From the NCBI RefSeq assembly GCF_032444005.1, contig NC_091291.1:142290001-142354000 (forward strand): a DNA stretch of 64,000 nucleotides, given 5' to 3'. The notes below the pieces were generated by a model. That model was given only the letters and a program-made list of their open reading frames with translations, was not told where the DNA came from and made no database searches. The stretch's first letter is position 1, and every line of letters begins with the position of its first letter. This DNA is from Ranitomeya imitator. Lineage: Eukaryota. A program made the translations under genes and the position numbers. Below, in pieces: positions 1 through 13,516 of the stretch.

Positions 1-1157
1 GGGCCCCGATCACCAGATACAGGAGGAGTGAGGGCCCCGATCACCAGATACAGGAGGAGTGAGGGCCCCGATCACCAGATACAGGAGGAGTGAGGGCCCC
101 GATCACCAGATACAGGAGGAGTGAGGGCCCCGATCACCAGATACAGGAGGAGTGAGGGCCCCGATCACCAGATACAGGAGGAGTGAGGGCCCCGATCACC
201 AGATACAGGAGGAGTGAGGGCCCCGATCACCAGATACAAGAGGAGTGAGGGCCCCGATCACCAGATACAAGAGGAGTGTGAGGGCCCCGATCACCAGATA
301 CAGGAGGAGTGAGGGCCCCGATCACCAGATACAGGAGGAGTGAGGGCCCCGATCACCAGATACAGGAGGAGCGAGGGCCCCGATCACCAGATACAGGAGG
401 AGCGAGGGCCCCGACCACCAGATACAGGAGGAGTGAGGGCCCCGATCACCAGATACAGGAGGAATGAGGGCCCCGATCACCAGATACAGGAGGAGTGAGG
501 GCCCCGATCACCAGATACAGGAGGAGTGAGGGCCCCGATCACCAGATACAAGAGGAGTGTGAGGGCCCCGATCACCAGATACAGGAGGAGTGAGGGCCCC
601 GATCACCAGATACAGGAGGAGTGAGGGCCCCGATCACCAGATACAGGAGGAGTGAGGGCCCCGATCACCAGATACAGGAGTGAGGGTCCCGACCACCAGA
701 TACAGGAGGAGTGAGGGCCCCGATCACCAGATACAGGAGGAGTGAGGGCCCCGATCACCAGATACAGGAGGAGTGAGGGCCCCGATCACCAGATACAGGA
801 GGAGTGAGGGCCCCGATCACCAGATACAGGAGGAGGAGTGAGGGCCCCGATCACCAGATACAGGAGGAATGAGGGCCCCGATCACCAGATACAGGAGGAG
901 TGAGGGCCCCGATCACCAGATACAGGAGGAGTGAGGGCCCCGATCACCAGATACAGGAGGAGTGAGGGCCCCGATCACCAGATACAGGAGGAATGAGGAC
1001 CCCGATCACCAGATACAGGAGGAGTGAGGGCCCCGATCACCAGATACAGGAGGAGTGAGGACCCCGATCACCAGATACAGGAGGAATGAGGGCCCCGATC
1101 ACCAGATACAAGAGGAATGAGGGCCCCGATCACCAGATACAAGAGGAATGAGGGCCC
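1..1157. repeat. 31-bp minisatellite (GGGCCCCGATCACCAGATACAGGAGGAGTGA)n, about 37 copies, truncated by the window start
   Basis: Direct periodicity. The last unit runs into GAGGGCCCTGCTCGCAATCTTACAATCTAG, which resembles the antisense L2 3' tail. Confidence 0.97.
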
Positions 1158-1451
1158 TGCTCGCAATCTTACAATCTAGGTGGAAATAGGGCAGACAAAA
1201 GCGAATGGCAACAATTGCTTTCGTCTTTCGGACCAGCCATAGTGTAAGATTCGGGTGCTCATGTAATGCTACATGAAACGATTATCAGCCTAAGTATGTA
1301 ACATTACAGACACAGAGGGCTATTATCTGCATAAAGCATGTGAGAACATGATGCGAGGATGGTAAAAATTTTGAATGGGCAAAACAGGGATAGTTAGGTA
1401 AATGCATTGATGTGGTAGGCCAGTCTCTACAAATGAGATTATTGGTGTCAA

Positions 1452-4400
1452 TATCCCGTACCTCAATTATCAGCGTCATCATCCTGCTCCCCGCATGCCA
1501 GTGAATGTCTCCCTGAGTGTCGGCGTCATCATCCTGTACCTCGATGATCAACATCATTATCCCGTACCCCAATTATCAGCATCATTATCCTGTACCCTGA
1601 TTATTAGCATCATCCCGTACCCCGATTATCACAGTAATTATCCCGTACCCCGATTATCAGCGTCATTATCCCCCGTACCCAGATTTTCACAGTAATTATC
1701 CCGTACCCCGATTATCAGCATCATTATCCCCCGTACCCTGATTATCACAGTAATTATCCCGTACCCCGATTATCAGCGTCATTATCCCCCGTACCCTGAT
1801 TATCACAGTAATTATCCCGTACCCCGATTATCAGCATCATTATCCCCCCGTACCCTGATTATCACAGTAATTATCCCGTACCTCAATTATCAGCGTCATC
1901 ATCCTGCTCCCCGCATGTCAGTGAATGTCTCCCTGAGTGTCGGCGTCATCATCCTGTACCTCGATGATCAACATCATTATCCCGTACCCCAATTATCAGC
2001 ATCATTATCCTGTACCCCAATTATCAGCATCATTATCCTGTACCCTGATTATTAGCATCATCCCGTACCCCGATTATCACAGTAATTATCCCGTACCCCG
2101 ATTATCAGCGTCATTATCCCCCGTACCCAGATTTTCACAGTAATTATCCCGTACCCCGATTATCAGCATCATTATCCCCCGTACCCTGATTATCACAGTA
2201 ATTATCCCGTACCCCGATTATCAGCATCATTATCCCCCCGTACCCTGATTATCACAGTAATTATCCCGTACCTCAATTATCAGCGTCATCATCCTGCTCC
2301 CCGCATGTCAGTGAATGTCTCCCTGAGTGTCGGCGTCATCATCCTGTACCTCGATGATCAACATCATTATCCCGTACCCCAATTATCAGCATCATTATCC
2401 CGTACCCCAATTATCAGCATCATTATCCTGTACCCCAATTATCAGCATCATTATCCTGTACCCTGATTATTAGCATCATCCCGTACCCCGATTATCACAG
2501 TAATTATCCCGTACCCCGATTATCAGCGTCATTATCCCCCGTACCCAGATTTTCACAGTAATTATCCCGTACCCCGATTATCAGCATCATTATCCCCCCG
2601 TACCCTGATTATCACAGTAATTATCCCGTACCCCGATTATCAGCGTCATTATCCCCCGTACCCTGATTATCACAGTAATTATCCCGTACCCCGATTATCA
2701 GCATCATTATCCCCCCGTACCCTGATTATCACAGTAATTATCCCCTACCCCGATTATCAGCGTCATTATCCCCCCGTACCCTGATTATCACAGTAATTAT
2801 CCCGTACCCCGATTATCAGCGTCATTATCCCCCGTACCCTGATTATCACAGTAATTATCCCGTACCCCGATTATCAGCGTCATTATCCCCCGTACCCTGA
2901 TTATCACAGTAATTATCCCGTACCCCGATTATCAGCATCATTATCCCCCCGTACCCTGATTATCACAGCAATTATCCCGTACCCCGATTATCAGCGTCAT
3001 TATCCCCCGTACCCTGATTATCACAGTAATTATCCCGTACCCCGATTATCAGCATCATTATCCCCCCGTACCCTGATTATCACAGTAATTATCCCGTACC
3101 CCGATTATCAGCATCATTATCCCCTGTACCCTGATTATCACAGTAATTATCCCGTACCCCGATTATCAGCATCATTATCCCCCCGTACCCTGATTATCAC
3201 AGTAATTATCCTGTACCCCGATTATCAGCATCATTATCCCCCCGTACCCTGATTATCACAGTAATTATCCCGTACCCCGATTATCAGCATCATTATCCCC
3301 CCGTACCCTGATTATCACAGTAATTATCCCGTACCCCGATTATCAGCGTCATTATCCCCCGTACCCTGATTATCACAGTAATTATCCTGTACCCCGATTA
3401 TCAGCGTCATTATCCCCCGTACCCTGATTATCACAGTAATTATCCCCTACCCCGATTATCAGCATCATTATCCACCCGTACCCTGATTATCACAGTAATT
3501 ATCCCGTACCCCGATTATCAGCGTCATTATCCCCCGTACCCTGATTATCACAGTAATTATCCCCTACCCCGATTATCAGCATCATTATCCCCCCGTACCC
3601 TGATTATCACAGTAATTATCCCCTACCCCGATTATCAGCGTCATTATCCCCCGTACCCTGATTATCACAGTAATTATCCCGTACCCCGATTATCAGCGTC
3701 ATTATCCCCCGTACCCTGATTATCACAGTAATTATCCCGTACCCCGATTATCAGCATCATTATCCCCCCGTACCCTGATTATCACAGTAATTATCCCCTA
3801 CCCCGATTATCAGCATCATTATCCCCCCGTACCCTGATTATCACAGTAATTATCCCGTACCCCGATTATCAGCGTCATTATCCCCCGTACCCTGATTATC
3901 ACAGTAATTATCCTGTACCCCGATTATCAGCGTCATTATCCCCCGTACCCTGATTATCACAGTAATTATCCCCTACCCCGATTATCAGCATCATTATCCA
4001 CCCGTACCCTGATTATCACAGTAATTATCCCGTACCCCGATTATCAGCGTCATTATCCCCCGTACCCTGATTATCACAGTAATTATCCCCTACCCCGATT
4101 ATCAGCATCATTATCCCCCCGTACCCTGATTATCACAGTAATTATCCCCTACCCCGATTATCAGCGTCATTATCCCCCGTACCCTGATTATCACAGTAAT
4201 TATCCCGTACCCCGATTATCAGCATCATTATCCCCCCGTACCCTGATTATCACAGTAATTATCCCGTACCCCGATTATCAGCGTCATTATCCCCCGTACC
4301 CAGATTTTCACAGTAATTATCCCGTACCCCGATTATCAGCGTCATTATCCCCCGTACCCTGATTATCACAGTAATTATCCTGTACCCCGATTATCAGCAT

Positions 4401-4645
4401 CATTATCCCCCCGTACCCTGATTATCACAGTAATTATCCCCTACCCCGATTATCAGCATCATTATCCCCCCGTACCCTGATTATCACAGTAATTATCCCC
4501 TACCCCGATTATCAGCGTCATTATCCCCCCGTACCCTGATTATCACAGTAATTATCCCCTACCCCGATTATCAGCATCATTATCCCCCCGTACCCTGATT
4601 ATCACAGTAATTATCCCCTACCCCGATTATAAGCGTCATTATCCT
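1452..4645. repeat. Minisatellite of alternating ~29-30-bp subunits (~59-bp dimer) with a higher-order block at its left end
   Basis: CCCGTACCCCGATTATCAGCATCATTATCC alternates with CCCGTACCCTGATTATCACAGTAATTAT. A non-array segment (ATCCTGCTCCCCGCATG...GATGATCAAC) recurs near 1480, 1900 and 2290. Confidence 0.95.
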
Positions 4646-6602
4646 GTCCCCCTTCACATTTGACAGCTCTCATTCTAGATGAAGGTGACAGATTTTTTCT
4701 GATGCTGAGCGAGGAGTCACGAGGCGAATGGGGAAATCTGCTCCAGATGTGGCCGCACAAACCACAAGCAGGAAGGATTCATCATGGTGGGAGAACATGT
4801 CACCGCTGCGCACTGATACATGGCATATTCTCCCCACCCTAGAAATTCTCTTCCCAAATTATACAGCAGACTTACCTACCCCCAGCCCGATCCTGCCTGA
4901 TGTTACCGGCTGCTCTGTAATTCCTGTGCAGTGAATACAGTCTATTACTCCCTGTTATCAGCCACTGCAGGCTACAGAGTGTTGAACTTCCTTTGTATAA
5001 GTGCCAGATATTGAAGAAACCTCCATGATCCCTGCGTTATATCATCTCCCTCCATATGACCGGTATCTGTGGCACCAGACTATTATACGCTGTTGTAGCT
5101 CCTAGAATTTACATTTTTCAGCATTTTGCTAAATGCAAAAAAAACAGCCAAATCCAATTATCAGGTGCAGAGCAGAGGCGTCTCTTTGCTGACGCAGGCC
5201 GGGGACTGTGGCTTTTGTACAAGAAAGGAGAAATAAATGTCATCTTGCAGTTTCGAGATGTTGTAATAGAGACAGAGCCAGCAGACGGGCGATCCACTGC
5301 GTATTACCAGGCGTCCTTCACGCCAGGCGGCTGAGGATCGCTAGGTGATGGATGCTGTAATACAGGGGGGCATTTATTATAACAGACCCTCGCTCTATCA
5401 CAGCAATCAGAGGTTTTACTTTGGAAATCACATCACAAATTATGCAAAGTTATCATAGAAGGAAAGCTGATCCCTATGAAGAATAATGGAAGTTGTAGTG
5501 CAAGCAAAATGTCCATGTGACTTTTAGTGATTAGTTGTACAGATCTTTGGATTTCTAGTAGATTGTAAGCTCTTGTGCATCCTGAAGGCGCCAGTAAAGA
5601 GGATTAATGTGCGAAACAAGCCGATGCACGACGGGTCTGAAAAAAGATGATCGAGAGGAGGAAACGACGCCAATTATTGGAGTAAGTTAAATATCTGGAA
5701 GTAGGAAGGAAGAGTAAGTGGTGGGAGCCTATGGTCAGAAGATTAAATATAAGGGGGGCGACCCATAAAATGACATTTACACCTTTATACAGCATATGTC
5801 ATGAAGATGTCTGATCGCCGAGACCCCACCTTCACTAGAAAAAGGGATCCAAGCCCCCATTTCACCAAGCTGCAGCTGCAAATGAAGCGGCACAGGCGCA
5901 ATTTTCACGATTTGCAAATGCACATGGCGTCCTCAGACGCGGCAGAAATATCTGTAGGTGAACATCCATCCCATACACCTGAAGAGCTTATTATTATTAT
6001 TTATTATTATCTCTGCTGCTGCTGCAGGGCTTTCTGCAAGCAAATGAATGAGACATGTGTGGACATTTCCAAATCAGTAATGTGTGAATGTAACCAAACA
6101 GGCAGAAATCACCTGGAAATCCACAAAAAAAAAATGTAACACCCGCAGATTGTGCTGCAGATTTGCGGTCGGTTTTCAGCAGCAGCGGCCGTCACCCCTG
6201 GCATTACCCCCTGGCATTACCCGTGCACACGTGGAGGATTATTTCTGCCTGAACTCAGCCACAGATACCGGAATTTTTCATCTATATCAGTCAGTGAAGA
6301 CAGGAACCCAACGGGTGGATTCCAGTCATCCAGTACTTTGGGGTTTGCGCTGTATCCTCCAGCACTGAAGCAATGCACAGCCGAGTGCACATTTTATAGG
6401 AGTCCCCCCCAATGTCATCCTTGCAGACCTGTAGTAATTGGGGTAACCAATTCTTTTGCATCTCCCTCCACACACTTTATACTAAAGTCTGAGCCATTGC
6501 GGAGCTGATGGCAGCAGGACCTGGGGTGGTCATGCACAGGCCTGAGCAGCAGAGCAGAGGTCGCCCACCCCATCCCCCGGCTGTACACAGAGGACCTCTT
6601 AC

Positions 6603-6661
6603 CAGCTGTCTCTGGACACAGCTTGCAGCAGCCTGATGGCTGGAGCCAGGGGGGATCTCAT
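6603..6661 (-). CDS. SLC37A2: Sugar-phosphate exchanger SLC37A2, coding exon 1 (the remaining exons should lie left of the window)
   Basis: ATG at 6661 encodes MRSPLAPAIRLLQAVSRDS(W), followed by the donor TG|gtaaga. This matches recalled human MRSSLAPGVWFFRAFSRDSW and its 59-nt phase-2 first exon, and the gene sits where synteny predicts, downstream of CCDC15 on the same strand. Confidence 0.9.
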
Positions 6662-6780
6662 GGTCACTGTAGGGCGAGCGTCCTTCTGATGTAGGGGGGT
6701 CCTGGAGGAGGTTAAATGGGGTGATCACTGATGTAGAGGCTCCTGGATGCAGGATCACATGTCTCAGCTGCTCTCCTCTG

Positions 6781-6880
6781 TTATATACTGGAGCTTCCCC
6801 CTCCCAGATCCTCAGCACAATGAATGAGAATTGGTGCTCAGCAAGTGATCCCAGCCGTCATGTGACTGCAGTGGGCGGAG
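6781..6880 (-). promoter_or_regulatory. Putative SLC37A2 core promoter: TATA-like box, M-box/CLEAR-like E-box and GC box
   Basis: Minus-strand TATATAA at 6781-6787, GTCATGTGAC at 6857-6866 and GGGCGGAG at 6873-6880, lying 120-220 bp upstream of the ATG. Confidence 0.6.
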
Positions 6881-6929
6881 CCTGGCACAGGGATCCCCGT
6901 CATTCACTCCAGAGACATGAGATGATACA

Positions 6930-7121
6930 TGGTAACAATGTGACAAGTTATGAGGATTCTACACAACTAAACAAAAACAGTATAAATAGCGATCACCAGG
7001 AAATAAACAAGTCCAGCACCTGAACTACAAGAAAAACTGAGCTCACAATACAGAGTACAATGGTCAGCGCCCCACTGGCCACTCAGATATAAACACATTA
7101 TAATCAGTCACATAATCCCTC
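6930..7121 (-). repeat. Dispersed repeat copy A (inverted homologue of 13517-13745); family uncertain, resembles a retroelement 3' end
   Basis: Its reverse complement aligns by eye to 13517-13745 (GAGGGATTATGTGACTGAT...TACTCTGTATTGTGA...GCTGGACTTGTTT...TTTCCTGGTGATC). Confidence 0.75.
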
Positions 7122-7342
7122 GTACGGGGAACGTATAGCGGCAACAATCGGACTAAACACGTCCTAATCAGCACGAGGTCATCACAAAAAACTAATCACA
7201 AATACATTCCAGCAAATAATTGTGCACAGGAAACTGTGGCAAAACAAAGGGAAAAAGGAGGATGAAGAGACAAGAAAAATGAGGCTATGGAATAATAAAC
7301 ACTGAGCCCTGACCAGAAATTACAGTCACTGCCCACCCCCCT

Positions 7343-10300
7343 TACCTACACAGCCAGATACCTACCTACTGAGCCAGATACCTACCTACTGAGCCAGATA
7401 CCTACCTACTGAGCCAGATACCTACCTACACAGCCAAATACCTACCTACACAGCCAGATACCTACCTACTGAGCCAGATACCTACCTACTGAGCCAGATA
7501 CCTACCTACTGAGCCAGATACCTACCTACACAGCCAGATACCTACCTACTGAGCCAGACACCTACCTACACAGCCAAATACCTACCTACTGAGCCAAATA
7601 CCTACCTACTGAGCCAGATACCTACCTGAGCCAAATACCTACCTACTGAGCCAGATACCTACCTACTGAGCCAGATACCTACCTACACAGCCAAATACCT
7701 ACCTACACAGCCAGATACCTACCTACACAGCCAAATACCTACCTACTGTGCCAGATACCTACCTACTGAGCCAGATACCTACCTACACAGCCAGATACCT
7801 ACCTACACAGCCAGATACCTACCTACACAGCCAAATACCTACCTACTGAGCCAGATACCTACCTACTGAGCCAGATACCTACCTACACAGCCAAATACCT
7901 ACCTACACAGCCAGATACCTACCTACACAGCCAGATACCTACCTACACAGCCAGATACCTACCTACTGAGCCAGATACCTACCTACTGAGCCAGATACCT
8001 ACCTACACAGCCAGATACCTACCTACACAGCCAAATACCTACCTACACAGCCAGATACCTACCTACTGAGCCAGATACCTACCTACTGAGCCAGATACCT
8101 ACCTACACAGCCAAATACCTACCTACACAGCCAAATACCTACCTACTGAGCCAGATACCTACCTACTGAGCCAGATACCTACCTACTGAGCCAGATACCT
8201 ACCTACGCAGCCAGATACCTACCTACGCAGCCAGATACCTACCTACGCAGCCAGATACCTACCTACTGAGCCAGATACCTACCTACTGAGCCAGATACCT
8301 ACCTACTGAGCCAGATACCTACCTACACAGCCAAATACCTACCTACGCAGCCAGATACCTACCTACTGAGCCAGATACCTACCTACTGAGCCAGATACCT
8401 ACCTACAGAGCCAGATACCTACCTACAGAGCCAGATACCTACCTACACAGCCAGATACCTACCTACTGAGCCAGATACCTACCTACACAGCCAAATACCT
8501 ACCTACACAGCCAAATACCTACCTACTGAGCCAGATACCTACCTACTGAGCCAAATACCTACCTACTGAGCCAGATACCTACCTACTGAGCCAGATACCT
8601 ACCTACTGAGCCAGATACCTACCTACTGAGCCAGATACCTACCTACTGAGCCAGATACCTACCTACTGAGCCAGATACCTACCTACACAGCCAAATACCT
8701 ACCTACACAGCCAGATACCTACCTACACAGCCAGATACCTACCTACTGAGCCAGATTATTATTATTATTATTATTTATTATTATAGCGCCATTTATTCCA
8801 TGGCGCTTTACATGTGAGGAGGGGTATACATAATAAAACAAGTACAATAATCTTGAAAAATACAAGTCACAACTGGTACAGGAGGAGAGAGGACCCTGCC
8901 CGCGAGGGCTCACAATCTACAAGGGATGGGTGAGGATACAGTAGGTGAGGGTAGAGCTGGCCGTGCAGCGGTTTGGTCAATCGGTGGTTACTGCAGGTTG
9001 TAGGCTTGTCAGATACCTACCTACTGAGCCAGATACCTACCTACTGTGCCAGATACCTACCTACACAGCCAAATACCTACCTACACAGCCAGATACCTAC
9101 CTACTGAGCCAGATACCTACCTACTGAGCCAGATACCTACCTACGCAGCCAAATACCTACCTACGCAGCCAGATACCTACCTACGCAGCCAGATACCTAC
9201 CTACTGAGCCAGATACCTACCTACTGAGCCAGATACCTACCTACTGAGCCAGATACCTACCTACTGAGCCAGATACCTACCTACACAGCCAAATACCTAC
9301 CTACGCAGCCAGATACCTACCTACTGAGCCAGATACCTACCTACAGAGCCAGATACCTACCTACAGAGCCAGATACCTACCTACACAGCCAGATACCTAC
9401 CTACTGAGCCAGATACCTACCTACACAGCCAGATACCTACCTACGCAGCCAGATACCTACCTACTGAGCCAGATACCTACCTACGCAGCCAGATACCTAC
9501 CTACGCAGCCAGATACCTACCTACTGAGCCAGATACCTACCTACACAGCCAGATACCTACCTACTGAGCCAGATACCTACCTACAGATCCAGATACCTAC
9601 CTACACAGCCAGATACCTACCTACTGAGCCAGATACCTACCTACTGAGCCAGATACCTACCTACTGAGCCAGATACCTACCTACTGAGCCAGATACCTAC
9701 CTACACAGCCAGATACCTACCTACTGAGCCAGACACCTACCTACACAGCCAAATACCTACCTACTGAGCCAAATACCTACCTACTGAGCCAGATACCTAC
9801 CTACTGAGCCAAATACCTACCTACTGAGCCAGATACCTACCTACTGAGCCAGATACCTACCTACACAGCCAAATACCTACCTACACAGCCAGATACCTAC
9901 CTACACAGCCAAATACCTACCTACTGAGCCAGATACCTACCTACACAGCCAGATACCTACCTACACAGCCAGATACCTACCTACACAGCCAAATACCTAC
10001 CTACTGAGCCAGATACCTACCTACTGAGCCAGATACCTACCTACTGAGCCAGATACCTACCTACACAGCCAAATATCTACCTACACAGCCAGATACCTAC
10101 CTACACAGCCAAATACCTACCTACTGAGCCAGATACCTACCTACTGAGCCAGATACCTACCTACTGAGCCAGATACCTACCTACACAGCCAAATACCTAC
10201 CTACTGAGCCAGATACCTACCTACTGAGCCAGATACCTACCTACTGAGCCAGATACCTACCTACACAGCCAAATACCTACCTACACAGCCAGATACCTAC

Positions 10301-13300
10301 CTACTGAGCCAGATACCTACCTACACAGCCAAATACCTACCTACACAGCCAGATACCTACCTACTGAGCCAGATACCTACCTACTGAGCCAGATACCTAC
10401 CTACTGAGCCAGATACCTACCTACGCAGCCAAATACCTACCTACGCAGCCAGATACCTACCTACGCAGCCAGATACCTACCTACGCAGCCAGATACCTAC
10501 CTACTGAGCCAGATACCTATCTACTGAGCCAGATACCTACCTACTGAGCCAGATACCTACCTACTGAGCCAGATACCTACCTACGCAGCCAAATACCTAC
10601 CTACGCAGCCAGATACCTACCTACTGAGCCAGATACCTACCTACTGAGCCAGATACCTACCTACAGAGCCAGATACCTACCTACACAGCCAGATACCTAC
10701 CTACTGAGCCAGATACCTACCTACTGAGCCAGATACCTACCTACACAGCCAAATACCTACCTACGCAGCCAGATACCTACCTACGCAGCCAGATACCTAC
10801 CTACTGAGCCAGATACCTACCTACTGAGCCAGATACCTACCTACAGAGCCAGATACCTACCTACACAGCCAGATACCTACCTACACAGCCAGATACCTAC
10901 CTACTGAGCCAGATACCTACCTACACAGCCAAATACCTACCTACACAGCCAGATACCTACCTACGCAGCCAGATACCTACCTACTGAGCCAGATACCTAC
11001 CTACACAGCCAGATACCTACCTACTGAGCCAGATACCTACCTACAGATCCAGATACCTACCTACACAGCCAGATACCTACCTACACAGCCAGATACCTAC
11101 CTACTGAGCCAGATACCTACCTACACAGCCAGATACCTACCTACTGAGCCAGATACGTACCTACTGAGCCAGATACCTACCTACACAGCCAGATACCTAC
11201 CTACACAGCCAGATACCTACCTACTGAGCCAGATACCTACCTACACAGCCAAATACCTACCTACACAGCCAGATACCTACCTACACAGCCAGATACCTAC
11301 CTACACAGCCAGATACCTACCTACACAGCCAGATACCTACCTACTGAGCCAGATACCTACCTACACAGCCAGATACCTACCTACACAGCCAGATACCTAC
11401 CTACACAGCCAGCTACCTACCTACACAGCCAGATACCTACCTACACAGCCAGATACCTACCTACACAGCCAGATACCTACCTACACAGCCAGATACCTAC
11501 CTACTGAGCCAGATACCTACCTACTGAGCCAGATACCTACCTACTGAGCCAGATACCTACCTACTGAGCCAGATACCTACCTACACAGCCAAATACCTAC
11601 CTACACAGCCAGATACCTACCTACAGAGCCAGATACCTACCTACACAGCCAAATACCTACCTACGCAGCCAGATACCTACCTACGCAGCCAGATACCTAC
11701 CTACGCAGCCAGATACCTACCTACGCAGCCAGATACCTACCTACTGAGCCAGATACCTACCTACACAGCCAAATATGTACCTACTGAGCCAGATACCTAC
11801 CTACACAGCCAGATACCTACCTACTGAACCAGATACCTACCTACACAGCCAGATACCTACCTACACAGCCAGATACCTACCTACACAGCCAAATACGTAC
11901 CTACTGAGCCAGATGCCTACCTACACAGCCAAATACGTACCTACTGAGCCAGATACCTACTTACTGAACCAGATACTACCTACACAGCCAGATACCTACC
12001 TACACAGCCAGATACCTACCTAAACAGCCAGATACCTACCTACACAGCCAAATACGTACCTACTGAGCCAGATACCTACCTACTGAGCCAAATACGTACC
12101 TACTGAGCCAGATACCTACCTACACAGCCAAATACGTACCTACTGAGCCAGATACCTACCTACTGAGCCAGCTACGTCCCTACTGAGCCAGATACCTACT
12201 GAGCCAGATATGTACCTACACAGCCAGCTACGTACCTACTGAGCCAACTACATACCTACTGAGCCAGATACGTACCTACACAGCCAGATACGTACCTACT
12301 GAGCCAGATATGCACCTACACAGCCAGATACCTACCTACTGAACCAGATACTACCTACACAGCCAGATACCTACCTACACAGCCAAATACGTACCTACTG
12401 AGCCAGATACCTACTGTACCTACACAGCCAAATACCTACCTACACAGCCAAATACGTACCTACTGAGCCAGATACCTACCTACTGAGCCAGCTACGTCCC
12501 TACTGAGCCAGATACCTACTGAGCCAGATATGTACCTACACAGCCAGCTACGTACCTACTGAGCCAGCTACATACCTACTGAGCCAGATACGTACCTACA
12601 CAGCCAGATACTTACCTACTGAGCCAGATATGCACCTACACAGCCAGACACCTACCTACACAGCCAGATACCTACCTACTGAACCAGATACCTACCTACA
12701 CAGCCAGATACCTACCTACACAGCCAGATACCTACCTACACCGCCAAATACGTACCTACTGAGCCAGATACCTACCTACACAGCCAGATACCTACCTACT
12801 GAACCAGATACCTACCTACACAGCCAGATACCTACCTACACAGCCAAATACGTACCTACTGAGCCAGATGCCTACCTACACAGCCAAATACGTACCTACT
12901 GAGCCAGACACCTACCTACACAGCCAGATACCTACCTACTGAACCAGATACTACCTACACAGCCAGATACCTACCTACTGAACCAGATACTACCTACACA
13001 GCCAGATACCTACCTACACAGCCAGATACCTACCTAAACAGCCAAATACGTACCTACACAGCCAGCTACATACCTACTGAGCCAGATACCTACCTACACA
13101 GCCAGCTACCTACTGAACCAGATACCTACCTACACAGCCAGATACCTACTTACTGAACCAGATACCTACCTACACAGCCAGATACCTACCTACACAGCCA
13201 GATATCTACAAACTGAGCCAGATACGTACCTACTGAGCCAGATACCTACCTACACAGCCAGATACGTACCTAGACAGCCAGATACGTACCTACACAGCCA

Positions 13301-13505
13301 GATACGCACCTACACAGCCAGATACCTAACTACACAGCCAGATACCTAACTACACAGCCAGATACGCACCTACACAGCCAGATACGCACCTACACAGCCA
13401 GATACGCACCTACACAGCCAGATACTCACCTACACAGCCAGATACGCACCTACACAGCCAGATACGCACCTACACATCGAGATACCTACCTACACAGCCA
13501 GATAC
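7343..13505. repeat. 20-bp minisatellite (GAGCCAGATACCTACCTACT / CAGCCAGATACCTACCTACA)n, about 6.1 kb, interrupted by an L2 fragment
   Basis: Strict 20-bp periodicity, degenerating after about 11770. Confidence 0.98.
8757..9009 (-). mobile_element. 5'-truncated L2-clade LINE 3' end with (AAT)n tail, inserted into the 20-bp satellite
   Basis: The minus strand reads ...TGTAGATTGTGAGCCCTCGCGGGCAGGGTCC...AAAGCGCCATGGAATAAATGGCGCTATAATAAATAATAAT, with an 8-bp terminal stem-loop. CAGAT is duplicated at 8752-8756 and 9010-9014. Confidence 0.85.
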
Positions 13506-13516
13506 ATTACCTATTT

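Noticed and set aside
1157-6602. SLC37A2 exon 2 (expected ...YHxSRKPISIVK)
   Set aside because: Searched by eye on the minus strand and not found; it presumably lies left of the window.
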